From positions 2,771-66,770 of the forward strand of contig JAISJI010000068.1 of the NCBI GenBank assembly GCA_031261605.1: a stretch of 64,000 nt of DNA, read 5' to 3'. Position numbers and translations under genes: made by a program. A model generated the notes under the pieces. That model was not told the DNA's origin. It was given only the letters and a program-made list of their open reading frames with translations, and searched no databases. How positions within the stretch are numbered: the first letter of the stretch is position 1; each line of letters opens with the position of its first letter. This document shows, piece by piece, positions 47,133 to 58,502 of this stretch. Source of the DNA: Ignavibacteria bacterium. Its GTDB lineage: Bacteria; Bacteroidota; Ignavibacteria; Kapaibacteriales; UBA2268.

Positions 47133-48815
47133 ATGCTAATATCTAACACACGAGAGTGGGCATCGCTCAATAAACATTATAATGAGATGCAGCACGTCCA
47201 GATGAAAGAGATGTTTGTCCAAGAAGAGGGCAGATTCGAAAGGTTTTCTATTCATTTCAAGGGGCTGTTATTCGATTATTCCAAAAATATAATAACGAAG
47301 GAGACAATAGACAGATTGCTCAAACTCGCTGAGGCAGCAGACCTGAAAAGCAAAATTAATGCAATGTTTCGCGGGCAGAAAATTAATACGACCGAGAAGC
47401 GAGCAGTACTACATACCGCTCTACGCTATCCGGTGAAGGCAAGTTATTCACAAATATTTGTCAATGGCGAGGATATATATCCGGATATAAAGCGGGTTTT
47501 GGATAAGATGGAGGACTTTGTAGAGCAAGTTCATACGAAAAAGTTCCGCGGTGTGACGGGTAAGAAATTTACGGATATAGTTAATATCGGAATCGGTGGC
47601 TCAGACCTCGGTCCAGCAATGGTCACAGAGGCACTATCCTATTACAAAGTAAAAGGAATACGCTCTCACTTTGTATCTAATGTAGATGGAACAGACATCA
47701 TCAATACGTGCCTGCATCTGAACCCAGAGACAACACTCTTTATCATTGCATCGAAGACCTTCACCACGCAAGAGACAATGGCAAATGCGAATGCTGCGAA
47801 GAACTGGTTGCTTAGCAAATTGTGCGTCAATGATAGCAAGAATAAGGGCGGAACTACTCCTATAATAGATGAAAATCTACCTGTAAAAAAGCACTTTATA
47901 GCACTATCTACAAACATCCCAGCGGTTACCGAATTCGGTATTGACCCGAATAATGCGTTCGAGTTTTGGGATTGGGTTGGTGGTAGGTATTCGCTATGGT
48001 CAGCGATTGGCTTGTCTATTGCGCTTTCCATTGGTATGAGCAACTTCCGCGATTTGCTACTGGGTGCATATACAATGGATGAGCATTTCCGAAATGAGGA
48101 TTTTGACAAGAATATACCGGTCTTGATGGGCTTGCTTGGTATATGGTATCGGAATTTTTTCAATGCTGCGTCGCAAGGAGTGATACCTTACGACCAGTAT
48201 TTACGCCGCTTTCCCGCTTTTTTACAGCAGTTGGATATGGAAAGCAATGGTAAGCATACAACGAAAGATGGTTACGATGTGGATTTCCAAACCGGACCGA
48301 TAGTTTGGGGTGAGCCGGGAACAAATGCACAGCATTCGTTCTTCCAACTGATACATCAAGGCACACAGATGATACCAGTGGATTTCATTGCATTCAAGGA
48401 AAATGTTAATGATGATGGAACGCAACATAACATCCTGCTATCTAATTTCTTAGCACAGACAGAGGCATTAATGAAAGGTAAAACAGCGAAAGAAGTAGCA
48501 GCAGAATTGAAAGCAGCAAAAGAGAAGGATGCCGCCGGAATACTGCCACACAAGGTTTTCGCAGGCAACAAACCGACCAATTCTATACTGATAGATAAAC
48601 TAACACCGCATTCGCTCGGTATGCTAATTGCTATGTATGAGCATAAGGTTTTCGTGCAAGGAGCGCTCTGGAATTTAAATTCATTTGACCAATGGGGAGT
48701 GGAATTAGGCAAGCAACTCGCTAAGAAGATACTGCCGGAATTGCAATCTAACGACAAGATATCTACACACGACTCCTCTACGAATGGGCTTATCAATTAC
48801 ATAAAAAATTTGTAG
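47133..48815 (+). CDS. pgi: Glucose-6-phosphate isomerase.
   Basis: [19 protein letters not shown]-length 560 aa. Confidence 0.9.
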   Translation: MLISNTREWASLNKHYNEMQHVQMKEMFVQEEGRFERFSIHFKGLLFDYSKNIITKETIDRLLKLAEAADLKSKINAMFRGQKINTTEKRAVLHTALRYPVKASYSQIFVNGEDIYPDIKRVLDKMEDFVEQVHTKKFRGVTGKKFTDIVNIGIGGSDLGPAMVTEALSYYKVKGIRSHFVSNVDGTDIINTCLHLNPETTLFIIASKTFTTQETMANANAAKNWLLSKLCVNDSKNKGGTTPIIDENLPVKKHFIALSTNIPAVTEFGIDPNNAFEFWDWVGGRYSLWSAIGLSIALSIGMSNFRDLLLGAYTMDEHFRNEDFDKNIPVLMGLLGIWYRNFFNAASQGVIPYDQYLRRFPAFLQQLDMESNGKHTTKDGYDVDFQTGPIVWGEPGTNAQHSFFQLIHQGTQMIPVDFIAFKENVNDDGTQHNILLSNFLAQTEALMKGKTAKEVAAELKAAKEKDAAGILPHKVFAGNKPTNSILIDKLTPHSLGMLIAMYEHKVFVQGALWNLNSFDQWGVELGKQLAKKILPELQSNDKISTHDSSTNGLINYIKNL

Positions 48816-48981
48816 AATATTCTCTCTCCCACAAGGAAGAGAAAACAATAATCCGTCATTGACTGAACTAGGATTAAGCAGTGGATAACCAAGACCATCC
48901 GGGTGTTACTGGTCTTCCAACGCATCTACTGATGGAGGAGTTGGCGAAGTAGGTTTGTCCTCACCAATAAGTATAATTGGC

Positions 48982-49008
48982 TTAAGTTTCGTATGTAATA
49001 GCCGATAA
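48982..49008 (+). promoter_or_regulatory. Near-consensus sigma-28 (FliA) promoter: TTAAGTTT-N11-GCCGATAA.
   Basis: -35 matches 7 of 8 positions of TAAAGTTT. -10 matches 8 of 8 of GCCGATAA. The 11-nt spacer is exact. Lies ~30 nt upstream of the 49038 start. Confidence 0.6.
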
Positions 49009-49037
49009 TCTATTTATATCGTAACGTAATCATAAAA

Positions 49038-49955
49038 TTGAATAAAGAAGAGAGAACAGTGAAACGACATATACATATTGTGCTAATACCTGCATTGTTG
49101 CTGCTATTGCTGTTGCCGAGTTGCCTTCCACCAACTAATAGCAAATCCGAATCAACTAATACTGCTTCTACTACTAGTAGAAGAGGTGAATCGCGTGCTA
49201 CTTCTACTAAGAGGAGCGATACACGTTCTAAAAGCACAGATAAAAATGCAGATAAACCCGTAAAACCGAAGACCGCCAAGCAAATCCAAAAAGAAAAAGC
49301 AGATAGCGTCGCTGCCGTCGAACAAAAAAAACAAGAGGATATAGCAAAAGAAAAAGCAACTATCGCTCGCCTCGTAGATAAAGCATTGGTATCAGAGCGC
49401 GTGCAAACAAGAAAAGAAAATTCTTCTAAAGCAACTCCATTCGAACAACGAAAAAATAAACTCAAGGACATTGATAACGAAGAAGACCGATTTATTGATA
49501 CCACATATTATGTTCTAACAATGGAGGACGGCATTACCACCGTATCCAACGATATTAGCAAAGCAGGTGCTACCAGAGCCCAACTACTAGAAATGCTAAT
49601 CACTAACTACATTGAAACTGTTAAAAAATTCGAAAATAATAAACCTGTAGAGCCGGAAACATTTAGAATGTTTTCGCAGCAACTCGCATTCAATGACTCG
49701 CTACGGCAAGATGCCGATTACTACTCCGCCGAAGCCAATCTGCAACACAACAACATAGACGAAGCCATTGGCACGCTCGAAACACTATGCAACTCAAAGC
49801 CAAACAGAGCAATCGCTCCCAAAGCCCTTCTCCGATTAGGACAAGTATATTGCCTAACCGGAAATACTAAAGATGCCGAAAAATATTTTAAGCGACTCAA
49901 AAAGGAATTTCCTCGTTCGCCATTAAATAAATCGGCTGACTGCGGTCGGATGTAG
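49038..49955 (+). CDS. Hypothetical secreted or membrane protein with a charged low-complexity linker and a C-terminal TPR/YbgF-like region. Possibly sigma-28-regulated.
   Basis: Hydrophobic N-terminus HIHIVLIPALLLLLLLPSC. K/E/S-rich linker. C-terminal LGQVYCLTGNTKDAEKYFKRLKKEFP is TPR-like. A GTG at 49059 is an alternative start. Confidence 0.5.
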   Translation: MNKEERTVKRHIHIVLIPALLLLLLLPSCLPPTNSKSESTNTASTTSRRGESRATSTKRSDTRSKSTDKNADKPVKPKTAKQIQKEKADSVAAVEQKKQEDIAKEKATIARLVDKALVSERVQTRKENSSKATPFEQRKNKLKDIDNEEDRFIDTTYYVLTMEDGITTVSNDISKAGATRAQLLEMLITNYIETVKKFENNKPVEPETFRMFSQQLAFNDSLRQDADYYSAEANLQHNNIDEAIGTLETLCNSKPNRAIAPKALLRLGQVYCLTGNTKDAEKYFKRLKKEFPRSPLNKSADCGRM

Positions 49956-50055
49956 TAATACCGCTGTTGTGTGATATTTTTTTGCAATACTATACAAGAA
50001 TTACGAAAAAAAATAGTATATTCAAGGTTGCAAAACAAAAAAAAGTTTAATAAAA

Positions 50056-52848
50056 ATGTCCAATCAATACATTAGTATAAAAAACGCATCCCACAATAAT
50101 CTAAAAAATATCAGCTTGGATATTCCTCGTAATAAGATTACTCTTATCACAGGCGTCTCCGGCTCAGGAAAATCTACCCTTGCATTTGATACATTGTATG
50201 CAGAAGGACAACGCCGCTTCGTTGAATCGCTCTCCTCTTACGCCCGCCAATTCTTAGAACGAATGACTAAGCCCGAAGTTGACTCCATTACCGGATTACC
50301 TCCAGCTGTTGCTATTGAACAAAAAACACCACCTCGTAATTCACGCTCTACCATCGGAACAGTTACCGAAATATACGATTACATTCGCGCAATGTATTCT
50401 CGTATTGGCAAAACATATTGCGTAAAATGTGGAAACGAAATTACCGTAGATAACCCTACTTCCATCTCTAATACCGTCCTCAATTGGAAATCTGGCAATA
50501 AAGTATACATAATGTTTGAACTGCGTTCCACCGTATCCAACATCGCAAACGAATTACAAAAACTCTCGCAAGTCGGCTATACACGCGTTGTTCCGAATGG
50601 TAGCAACGATGTAATTGATATTAACGACCTCAAGGTATCGGTTAAGACAAATATAGATGACTATTTGGTGCTGGTGGATAGATGGATTGTATCAAAAGAA
50701 AAAAATGAAGTGACTCGTTTAGTGGATTCCATTGAAGTAGCATTCGCTGCGAACCCAAGCAAAATTATAATTCGTAATATCACCACCGGCGTCGAGGAGA
50801 AATTTAGTAGCGTGTATGAGTGTGCAGAATGCGGTATCAAATACGAAGAACCTGACGCTAAACTATTTGCTTTCAATAATCCGCGTGGTGCATGTCCTGT
50901 ATGCCAAGGGTTAGGTCAGGTCTTCGGGGTGGATGAAAATCTCGTCGTTCCCGATAAGACGCTCTCCTTAGATGAGCATTGCATTCATCCATATCGCTCG
51001 CCATCCACTGCCTCTGTATATCGCACTATGATAGATACTTGCAAGGAACTCGGCATTCCAACGAACGTTCCATATAGCGAGTTATCGCAATTTGATAAGG
51101 ATGTGATTTGGGAAGGCAATGGTAAATACTTTGGCATCACTAAATACTTCCAGCATCTGGAAAGCAAAAATTATAAGATACAAAATCGCCTCACCATCAG
51201 CCGCTATCGTGGTATGGCTACCTGTATGAAATGCAATGGTAGCCGTATCAAAATGGAGGCACGACAGGTATTTGTCCATAATAAAAACATACCCGATATT
51301 GTGAATATGCCGATGGACGAGTTGCACCAATTCTTCTCTACACTTAAACTGACCGACTACGAAATGCGCGCTACCGATATGATACTACACGAACTCATAT
51401 CGCGAGTGAAGATGCTCTTAGACATCGGCTTGGAATACTTAACGCTCTCCCGTAGTTGCCAAACTCTCTCCGGTGGCGAGTATCAGCGTATTAACCTATC
51501 TACTGCACTTGGCTCTACATTGGTCGGAACTCTCTATGTGCTGGATGAGCCAAGTATTGGTATGCACCCACGCGATACATATCGCTTACTGGACGTCTTG
51601 CATAAGTTGCGTGACTTGGGTAATACCATTGTCGTTGTTGAGCACGACCCCGAAATTATATCCAATGCCGATTACATAATTGATATGGGAGTTGGTGCTG
51701 GCGCCGCTGGTGGTAGAGTGCTCGCTGCTGGCGGAATGAAGGATTTATTGAAATCAAAGGAATCGCTTACAGCACAATATTTCAATAAAGAAAAATTTAT
51801 TCCCATTCCCAAAATTCGCAGAAATATAGACAAAAAAAATGTTCTAACTCTTACCGGTGCTGCTGAAAACAATCTACGTATTCCGAAAGTGAATTTCCCA
51901 CTGAAAGCATTCGTTGTTGTGACCGGTGTTTCCGGCTCAGGCAAGAGTTCCTTAGTGTATAATATATTGTATAACGCAGCATTGGAGCAATTTGGCAGAA
52001 CAGCAAAAGATACTCATATAGGTGCATTTGACGAACTCTTTGGCTGCAATTTATTAGAAGGAATAGAATTGGTTGACCAATCGCCAATAGGCAAATCCAC
52101 TCGCTCAACACCCGTTACGTATATGAAAATATTTGACTACATACGCGAACTATACAGCCATACACAAGCAGCGATACAACTCGGATTAAAGGCACAATAC
52201 TTCTCTTTCAATATGCCCGGTGGCAGATGTGATGTATGCGAAGGCGATGGCTATGTCAATATTGATATGCAGTTCTTACCGGATATAAGAGTGGAATGCG
52301 AAGCGTGCGGTGGCACTCGCTACAAACGCGAAGTCGCCGATATTCTATACCACGAAAAATCCATTATTGATGTCCTAAATATGTCGGTAGATGAAGCATA
52401 CACCCACTTCAAAGGCATTGATAAAATACAGCAGAAACTCGGTATAATGCGTGAAGTTGGCTTGGGTTATCTCAAACTTGGACAGCCAAGTTCTACTCTC
52501 TCCGGTGGTGAAGCCCAGCGTATTAAACTCTCTTCCCATATTGAATCCTTGGACAATTCCAATTATCTTTACGTCTTTGATGAGCCAACTACCGGCTTGC
52601 ATTTGGACGATATTGCGAAGTTGTTGAAAGCACTTAACAAATTGGTAGATACCGGTAATTCTGTTCTTATCATAGAGCATAACTTAAATGTAATGTCAGT
52701 CGCTGATTGGATTATTGACTTAGGACCTGAAGCAGGCAAGCGTGGCGGAACCATTGTAGGAGAAGGAACTCCCGAAGATATAGCAAAATTAAATACACAT
52801 ACCGGCATTGCTATTAAGAAGTTTTTAAAAGAAAATGTTATTGAATAG
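50056..52848 (+). CDS. uvrA: Excinuclease ABC subunit A.
   Basis: Two ABC modules (GVSGSGKST x2). Zn-finger Cys pairs (CVKCGN, CPVCQG, CMKCNG, CDVCEG). LSGGE signatures. 930 aa. Confidence 0.95.
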   Translation: MSNQYISIKNASHNNLKNISLDIPRNKITLITGVSGSGKSTLAFDTLYAEGQRRFVESLSSYARQFLERMTKPEVDSITGLPPAVAIEQKTPPRNSRSTIGTVTEIYDYIRAMYSRIGKTYCVKCGNEITVDNPTSISNTVLNWKSGNKVYIMFELRSTVSNIANELQKLSQVGYTRVVPNGSNDVIDINDLKVSVKTNIDDYLVLVDRWIVSKEKNEVTRLVDSIEVAFAANPSKIIIRNITTGVEEKFSSVYECAECGIKYEEPDAKLFAFNNPRGACPVCQGLGQVFGVDENLVVPDKTLSLDEHCIHPYRSPSTASVYRTMIDTCKELGIPTNVPYSELSQFDKDVIWEGNGKYFGITKYFQHLESKNYKIQNRLTISRYRGMATCMKCNGSRIKMEARQVFVHNKNIPDIVNMPMDELHQFFSTLKLTDYEMRATDMILHELISRVKMLLDIGLEYLTLSRSCQTLSGGEYQRINLSTALGSTLVGTLYVLDEPSIGMHPRDTYRLLDVLHKLRDLGNTIVVVEHDPEIISNADYIIDMGVGAGAAGGRVLAAGGMKDLLKSKESLTAQYFNKEKFIPIPKIRRNIDKKNVLTLTGAAENNLRIPKVNFPLKAFVVVTGVSGSGKSSLVYNILYNAALEQFGRTAKDTHIGAFDELFGCNLLEGIELVDQSPIGKSTRSTPVTYMKIFDYIRELYSHTQAAIQLGLKAQYFSFNMPGGRCDVCEGDGYVNIDMQFLPDIRVECEACGGTRYKREVADILYHEKSIIDVLNMSVDEAYTHFKGIDKIQQKLGIMREVGLGYLKLGQPSSTLSGGEAQRIKLSSHIESLDNSNYLYVFDEPTTGLHLDDIAKLLKALNKLVDTGNSVLIIEHNLNVMSVADWIIDLGPEAGKRGGTIVGEGTPEDIAKLNTHTGIAIKKFLKENVIE

Positions 52849-52893
52849 CATAAATAACACACATATATTTTTCACTTTTATTGGAGATAACTT

Positions 52894-54780
52894 ATGAGAA
52901 AATGGAATAGCGAGGATTCCGCCGAACTATACAACATCTGCGGCTGGGGTGTCGGCTACTTTGGAATTAATGCCAAAGGTAACGTCATCGTTACGCCACA
53001 CAAAGATGGACACGGAGTTGAACTATTAGAAATCATTGACGAATTACAAATCAAAGATGTCTCTATGCCCGTCCTACTACGCTTCCCAGACATCATAGAC
53101 AATCGTATCGAGACCATCTCCCGATGCTTTGATGCCGCTTCAAAGGAATACGAATATAACGGAAAAAACTTCATCATCTATCCAATTAAAGTAAATCAAA
53201 TGCGACAGGTCGTAGAGGAAATAGTAGACCACGGCAAAAAATTTAACATCGGATTGGAAGCCGGCTCTAAGCCAGAACTGCACGCCGTCCTTGGTGTTAG
53301 CACCGAAAATTCCCTAATCGTATGCAACGGATACAAAGACAACGACTACATTGAACTCGCTCTCTTAGCACAAAAAATGGGCAAACGAATTTACATCGTA
53401 GTAGAAAAAACCAATGAACTAAAAAAGATAATAAAAATTTCGAAAGACCTAAAAATAAAGCCAAACATCGGCATCCGTATTAAACTCGCAAGTTCTGGTA
53501 GCGGAAAATGGGAAGATAGCGGTGGCGATAAAAGTAAATTCGGACTCACCTCCAGCGAACTCCTTGAAGCAATAGACCTCTTAGATAAGCATAAGTTAAA
53601 GGAAAATCTAAAGTTAATCCACTTCCACATCGGAAGCCAAGTTACAAATATTCGCAAAATAAAAACAGCATTCAGAGAGGCATCCAACTTTTATGTCCAA
53701 CTCCACAAACTCGGTTGCAACATAGAATATGTAGATATTGGAGGCGGTCTCGGCGTAGATTACGAGGGAACTCGCTCTGCAAACAGCTCCAGTAGCACAA
53801 ATTATTCCATACAAGAATACGTAAATGATGCCATAGCAAATTTTGTGGATGCCGCTAATCACAACGACTTGCCACATCCAAATATCGTTACCGAAAGTGG
53901 TCGCTCGCTCGCTGCACATCATTCTGTCCTCGTTTTTGATGTTTTAGAAGCAAATTCTTTATCTAAAATGGATGATAGTTTTGAACTCAAGGATGAACAT
54001 CACGAACTCGTTAAAGAACTTTACGAAATTTGGGATAACATATCTATAAATCGGATACTTGAGGCGTGGCACGATGCCCAACAAATTAGAGAAGAATCGT
54101 TAGAGCGTTTTAGTTTGGGCGTTTTGGATTTGGAAACACGTGCTTTGGTGGAAAAAATATTTTGGTCTATCGCCGATGAAGTTAGCAAACTTACGCTAAA
54201 TATTAAGCACCCAGCCGAAGAATTTAAGCAAATAGAAAAACTGCTAACCGATAAATATTTCTGCAACTTCTCGCTTTTTCAGTCGCTACCGGATTCGTGG
54301 GCTATCGACCAGTTATTCCCAATTATGCCAATTCATAGATTGAACGAAAAACCCGATAAGTTCGCTACTTTGCAAGACATAACTTGCGATAGCGATGGAA
54401 AGGTAAATCAATTTATTTCTACATCTAACTCTCCTAACTCACTACCAATTCACAGCTTAGGTGCTGACCCATATTATATCGGTGTATTTTTAGTTGGGGC
54501 ATATCAGGAAATTTTGGGCGATTTGCATAATTTATTTGGCGACACAAACGCAGTCCATATAAATGTAAATGAAAATGGCTACAATATTGAGCAAGTCATT
54601 GATGGTGAAACAGTTGCGGAGGTTTTGGAGTATGTTCAATACAAGCCAAAAAAATTGGTAAGAGATGTTGAAACTTACGTTGCAAATTCCATAAAAGCCG
54701 GAAAAATAACAGCCCAAGAGGGAAAAGAATTTCTTTCTATTTATCGTTCCGGATTATTCGGCTACACTTATTTAGAATAA
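52894..54780 (+). CDS. speA: Biosynthetic arginine decarboxylase.
   Basis: N-terminal WNSEDSAELYNICGWGVGYF, PLP-dependent fold-III decarboxylase blocks, 628 aa. Confidence 0.85.
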   Translation: MRKWNSEDSAELYNICGWGVGYFGINAKGNVIVTPHKDGHGVELLEIIDELQIKDVSMPVLLRFPDIIDNRIETISRCFDAASKEYEYNGKNFIIYPIKVNQMRQVVEEIVDHGKKFNIGLEAGSKPELHAVLGVSTENSLIVCNGYKDNDYIELALLAQKMGKRIYIVVEKTNELKKIIKISKDLKIKPNIGIRIKLASSGSGKWEDSGGDKSKFGLTSSELLEAIDLLDKHKLKENLKLIHFHIGSQVTNIRKIKTAFREASNFYVQLHKLGCNIEYVDIGGGLGVDYEGTRSANSSSSTNYSIQEYVNDAIANFVDAANHNDLPHPNIVTESGRSLAAHHSVLVFDVLEANSLSKMDDSFELKDEHHELVKELYEIWDNISINRILEAWHDAQQIREESLERFSLGVLDLETRALVEKIFWSIADEVSKLTLNIKHPAEEFKQIEKLLTDKYFCNFSLFQSLPDSWAIDQLFPIMPIHRLNEKPDKFATLQDITCDSDGKVNQFISTSNSPNSLPIHSLGADPYYIGVFLVGAYQEILGDLHNLFGDTNAVHINVNENGYNIEQVIDGETVAEVLEYVQYKPKKLVRDVETYVANSIKAGKITAQEGKEFLSIYRSGLFGYTYLE

Positions 54781-54799
54781 TTTTTTTGGCTAAAATTAA

Positions 54800-55900
54800 T
54801 TAAATAAATTTACGAACTCCACGACGATTTCCATCGGAATTAAAAAATAATAAATCATCAACGCTAAACCAGCAATCTATTGAATTTCCACGCCTTATAG
54901 ATAAATTTGGAGCAGTTTTAATTCTTTTTTGAGTATCGCCAGTCGTAAAATAAATAATTGATTCATTACCCAAAAATTCAATATTATCAACAATAATGCG
55001 AATATTTACATTGCGGTCTGAATTATTATTTCCCAGTTGAATATTTTCCGGTCTAATAGCAATAGTCAGCGGCGTAACTCCTTGATTATTACGGAGTAAC
55101 TGCGGAATTAAAAACTCAGAATTATTTTCACGAAAATTATTTCCGTCATTAATTCCGACAAAAAAATTAATATTCGGCGTGCCAATAAAATCCGCAACAA
55201 AAATATTTTCCGGATTATGATAAATTTCGTAAGGCGTATCAAATTGCTGCAAAATTCCATTTTTTAACACCGCAATTTTCGTTCCCATAGTCATCGCTTC
55301 GGTCTGGTCGTGCGTAACATAAATTGACGTAACCCCATATTTTCTATGGAGATTAATGATTTCTTGACGCATCTGAATACGCAATTTTGCATCCAAATTC
55401 GACAGCGGCTCATCAAAAAGAAAAAAATCCGGCTGCCGAATAATAGCCCGACCAAGTGCAACACGTTGACGCTGTCCACCAGAGAGTTCTCGCGGCTTCC
55501 TTTTGATAAGTTCAAGCAATCCAATGGTTTGTGCAACCTCCAAAACTCTATTTCGTATCTCCTTATTATTCAATTTGTTATTGCCTTTATGAACTTTTAG
55601 CGGAAACGCAATATTATCAAAAACCGACAAATGCGGATACAAAGCATACTCCTGAAAAACCATTCCTATATTTCTTTTATTCGCATCTAAGCCATTGGAA
55701 ATTTTACCATTTAGCAATAAACTCCCACTCGTAATTTCTTCCAAACCAGCAATCATTCGCAAAACAGTAGTTTTCCCACAGCCAGAAGGTCCGACCAGCA
55801 CAACAAAATCGCCATCCTCAGCGATAAAAGAAATATTTTTTACCGCCTGAGTATTATTTGAAAAAGTTTTTGTGATATTTTGTAACTCTATATATGCCAT
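54800..55900 (-). CDS. ABC transporter ATP-binding protein (MalK/PotA-like, with a C-terminal TOBE-like domain).
   Basis: Walker A GPSGCGKTT, signature LSGGQRQRVALGRA, Walker B FLFDEPLSNLD. Confidence 0.85.
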   Translation of the reverse strand: MAYIELQNITKTFSNNTQAVKNISFIAEDGDFVVLVGPSGCGKTTVLRMIAGLEEITSGSLLLNGKISNGLDANKRNIGMVFQEYALYPHLSVFDNIAFPLKVHKGNNKLNNKEIRNRVLEVAQTIGLLELIKRKPRELSGGQRQRVALGRAIIRQPDFFLFDEPLSNLDAKLRIQMRQEIINLHRKYGVTSIYVTHDQTEAMTMGTKIAVLKNGILQQFDTPYEIYHNPENIFVADFIGTPNINFFVGINDGNNFRENNSEFLIPQLLRNNQGVTPLTIAIRPENIQLGNNNSDRNVNIRIIVDNIEFLGNESIIYFTTGDTQKRIKTAPNLSIRRGNSIDCWFSVDDLLFFNSDGNRRGVRKFI

Positions 55901-55950
55901 TAGGTTGCAATTATTTAAATTATTATTTTATAGCGATTTATTGAAAAAAA

Positions 55951-57114
55951 TTAAATATTATTTATTATTTTATCGAATTGATTAATAATATTGATATGCG
56001 AAAATCTATTTAAACTTAAGTCAATGATATTTCTATCTTTAGGAGTAGCATTAAGGATTAATTCAGACAATTCATCCGAATTTCCAACATTAAATAAATA
56101 CCCATTTTTCCCATTTTCTAAAATCTCTGCCGGACCCGATGGACAATTTGAGCAAATGACTGAATTATTTACAGTTAGCGCCTCCGCAACGACCATTCCA
56201 AATCCCTCATAATTAGAACTTAAAATAAATTTATCGCAATTTTTCATCCAATTGTATGGATTAATTTTTCCGCCAAGTAAATAAATATTTTTATTGAATT
56301 TGCACTTATTTTTCAAGGAGTTAATTTGATTAATTTCCGTATCACCACCCGTTCCAATTATATACAAATTTCCATCATAGCCATTATTTTTCGCCAAATC
56401 AAATGCAGTAAATAAAGTTTGAAAATCTTTTTGCACTGTATCCAAACGCGAAACCATTAATAAATATTTTGAATTTAAATAATTCATTTCATCTGTTGTA
56501 AATTCCTCATTTGCAAGCGTTTTTATTTGCTCAATATCAATTGGATTGTATAGAACTAACGTTTTATTTTTCAATGTGTTATCCAAATGACAAATATTAT
56601 TTCTTATATCTTCACTAACACAAATTATTTTATCATATTTAGAAATTTTATTTAAATATTTTTTTATTTTATTTTTATTTTTAAGCCAACTTTCTATATT
56701 AATATGCATCCAAGTCATTGTTTTTGAAGTAGTTACATATTTCAATTTATTCAGATGAAAATTATGAAAATCAATAAAAATATCAGGTTTATAAGCATTG
56801 CAAATTTCCTTAAATCTATTATTTTTATAATTCTTATTTTTAATTAATTGAATATTGAAATTAATTTTGTCAAAAACGCTATTATTTCTATTTTTAGAAA
56901 CACAATTGAAGTGTGTAACTCTATTATTATCAACAAGATGTATTATTGGGACATCAATATTATTGCCTATCACATTATTTATATCCAAACCCATATCAAA
57001 AACAATTTTTGTCTCAAAATTGCTTTGATTTGCTAAATAATTTATATAAATGGATTGGATTTTTTCAATGCCACCGAAGCCAGTATTATGGCTTTTAAAT
57101 AATATTTTTTTCAC
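55951..57114 (-). CDS. Glycosyltransferase family 4.
   Basis: C-terminal EGFGMVVAEALTVNNSVICSN.PSGPAEIL (GT4 E-x7-E region). Confidence 0.75.
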   Translation of the reverse strand: MKKILFKSHNTGFGGIEKIQSIYINYLANQSNFETKIVFDMGLDINNVIGNNIDVPIIHLVDNNRVTHFNCVSKNRNNSVFDKINFNIQLIKNKNYKNNRFKEICNAYKPDIFIDFHNFHLNKLKYVTTSKTMTWMHINIESWLKNKNKIKKYLNKISKYDKIICVSEDIRNNICHLDNTLKNKTLVLYNPIDIEQIKTLANEEFTTDEMNYLNSKYLLMVSRLDTVQKDFQTLFTAFDLAKNNGYDGNLYIIGTGGDTEINQINSLKNKCKFNKNIYLLGGKINPYNWMKNCDKFILSSNYEGFGMVVAEALTVNNSVICSNCPSGPAEILENGKNGYLFNVGNSDELSELILNATPKDRNIIDLSLNRFSHINIINQFDKIINNI

Positions 57115-57811
57115 TAATATTTCTTGTAAATAATTTTCTAATATTTAAAATAAACCTTGATATTTCACGACTTATTTTAAAAACAATATTAATACTGCTT
57201 TTTCTATTTTTAATTGTTGAATTTAATGAGTTTTCATTTTCTTTAATTAAATATGGAAAATAAAAAATTGTAGGAATTTTATGTATCCAAAAACTATCCA
57301 AATAATCATCCACAGGATATAGCCAAGCCCTTGATTTTTCAATGAATTGCCTTGCTGCAAACGGAGTTAAATAATACCCTTGCGCACCAGAAACTCCATT
57401 TCGTGTAATATAAAAGTTGCCGTTTATTTTTTTACTTTTTTTGTCGAATAAACACATTAATTTAGTATAATTATATGGGCTTTTTTTTATGACATCTAAT
57501 CCATTTTCAAAATCTGGAAGTAAGGCAACATCGTCCTCTAAAATCACAATATCTTCTTTTAATTCAAGGCACTTCTGCCATAAAGAATAATGCGAAGCAA
57601 AGCAAGCAATTTCGCCATCAGTCAACGACTTTCCCCGAATTAATTTGCTAAAAAAAGGATTAATTTTATTAAAAAAAATACCAATTTTCTGCGAATTAAT
57701 TGCATTAAAAAAAATAAATTCATTTTTATCTGAATTAATGCTATCCATCTGAAAAATCATAGAGTTACGTCTATTTATTTCCGTTTCTAAATTTATAATA
57801 AATATTTTCAT
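57095..57811 (-). CDS. Glycosyltransferase family 25 (LPS/LOS biosynthesis, Lic2B/LgtB-like).
   Basis: N-terminal MKIFIINLETEINRRNSM matches GT25. 20-nt overlap with the GT4 gene. Confidence 0.65.
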   Translation of the reverse strand: MKIFIINLETEINRRNSMIFQMDSINSDKNEFIFFNAINSQKIGIFFNKINPFFSKLIRGKSLTDGEIACFASHYSLWQKCLELKEDIVILEDDVALLPDFENGLDVIKKSPYNYTKLMCLFDKKSKKINGNFYITRNGVSGAQGYYLTPFAARQFIEKSRAWLYPVDDYLDSFWIHKIPTIFYFPYLIKENENSLNSTIKNRKSSINIVFKISREISRFILNIRKLFTRNISEKNII

Positions 57812-57812
57812 T

Positions 57813-58493
57813 TTATTCGTTAAGTAAATCAGGACGAATATTTTTAGTTTTAATTAAAGATTGTTCATTTCGCCATTTTGCAATTTCTTTATGATTGCCC
57901 GATAATAATATTTCAGGAACAGCATAACCCTTGTAATTTGATGGTCTTGTGTATTGTGGTGACTCCAATAATCCATCCATCAACGAGTCATCTAAAGCGG
58001 ATTCAGAATCACCAATCGCCTCTGGTATTAACCTAACTACTGAATCTACAATGACTAATGCTGGAATTTCACCGCCAGTGAGCACATAATCTCCAATTGA
58101 TAACTCTAATGTTATCAATGTGTTACGAATTCGCTGGTCAATTCCTTTATAATGCCCACAAAGAATAATAATATTATTTAAAAGCGAAATTTTATTGCAA
58201 TCAGATTGCGTAAGTACCGGTGCATCGGGGGTTACGAAAATAATTTCGTCATAATTTCTCTGGGATTTTAATTTTTCAATGCAATCAAAAATCGGCTGAC
58301 ATTTCAACAGCATTCCAGCGGCACCGCCAAAAGGTGCATCGTCAATATGGCGAAATTTATCCAAAGCATAATCGTGCAAATTATGGAGAAAAATCTCAAT
58401 AAGTCCTTTATTTTTAGCGTTATATATAATACTCGAATTCAACATTGATTCCATTGATTCTGGAACGGCTGAAATAATATCAATTCTCATCAA
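57813..58493 (-). CDS. trmD: tRNA (guanine37-N1)-methyltransferase.
   Basis: MRIDIISAVPE, PFGGAAGMLL, TGGEIPALVIVDSVVRLIPEA. Confidence 0.9.
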   Translation of the reverse strand: MMRIDIISAVPESMESMLNSSIIYNAKNKGLIEIFLHNLHDYALDKFRHIDDAPFGGAAGMLLKCQPIFDCIEKLKSQRNYDEIIFVTPDAPVLTQSDCNKISLLNNIIILCGHYKGIDQRIRNTLITLELSIGDYVLTGGEIPALVIVDSVVRLIPEAIGDSESALDDSLMDGLLESPQYTRPSNYKGYAVPEILLSGNHKEIAKWRNEQSLIKTKNIRPDLLNE

Positions 58494-58502
58494 AATAAAT
58501 AA

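Noticed and set aside
49956-50055. An ATACTATA ... TATAGTAT inverted repeat upstream of uvrA, considered as a LexA-like box related to the exonuclease palindrome.
   Set aside because: The arms are separated by ~20 nt and share only TACTA/TAGTA with the 5556-5581 dyad. This is insufficient to claim a common operator.
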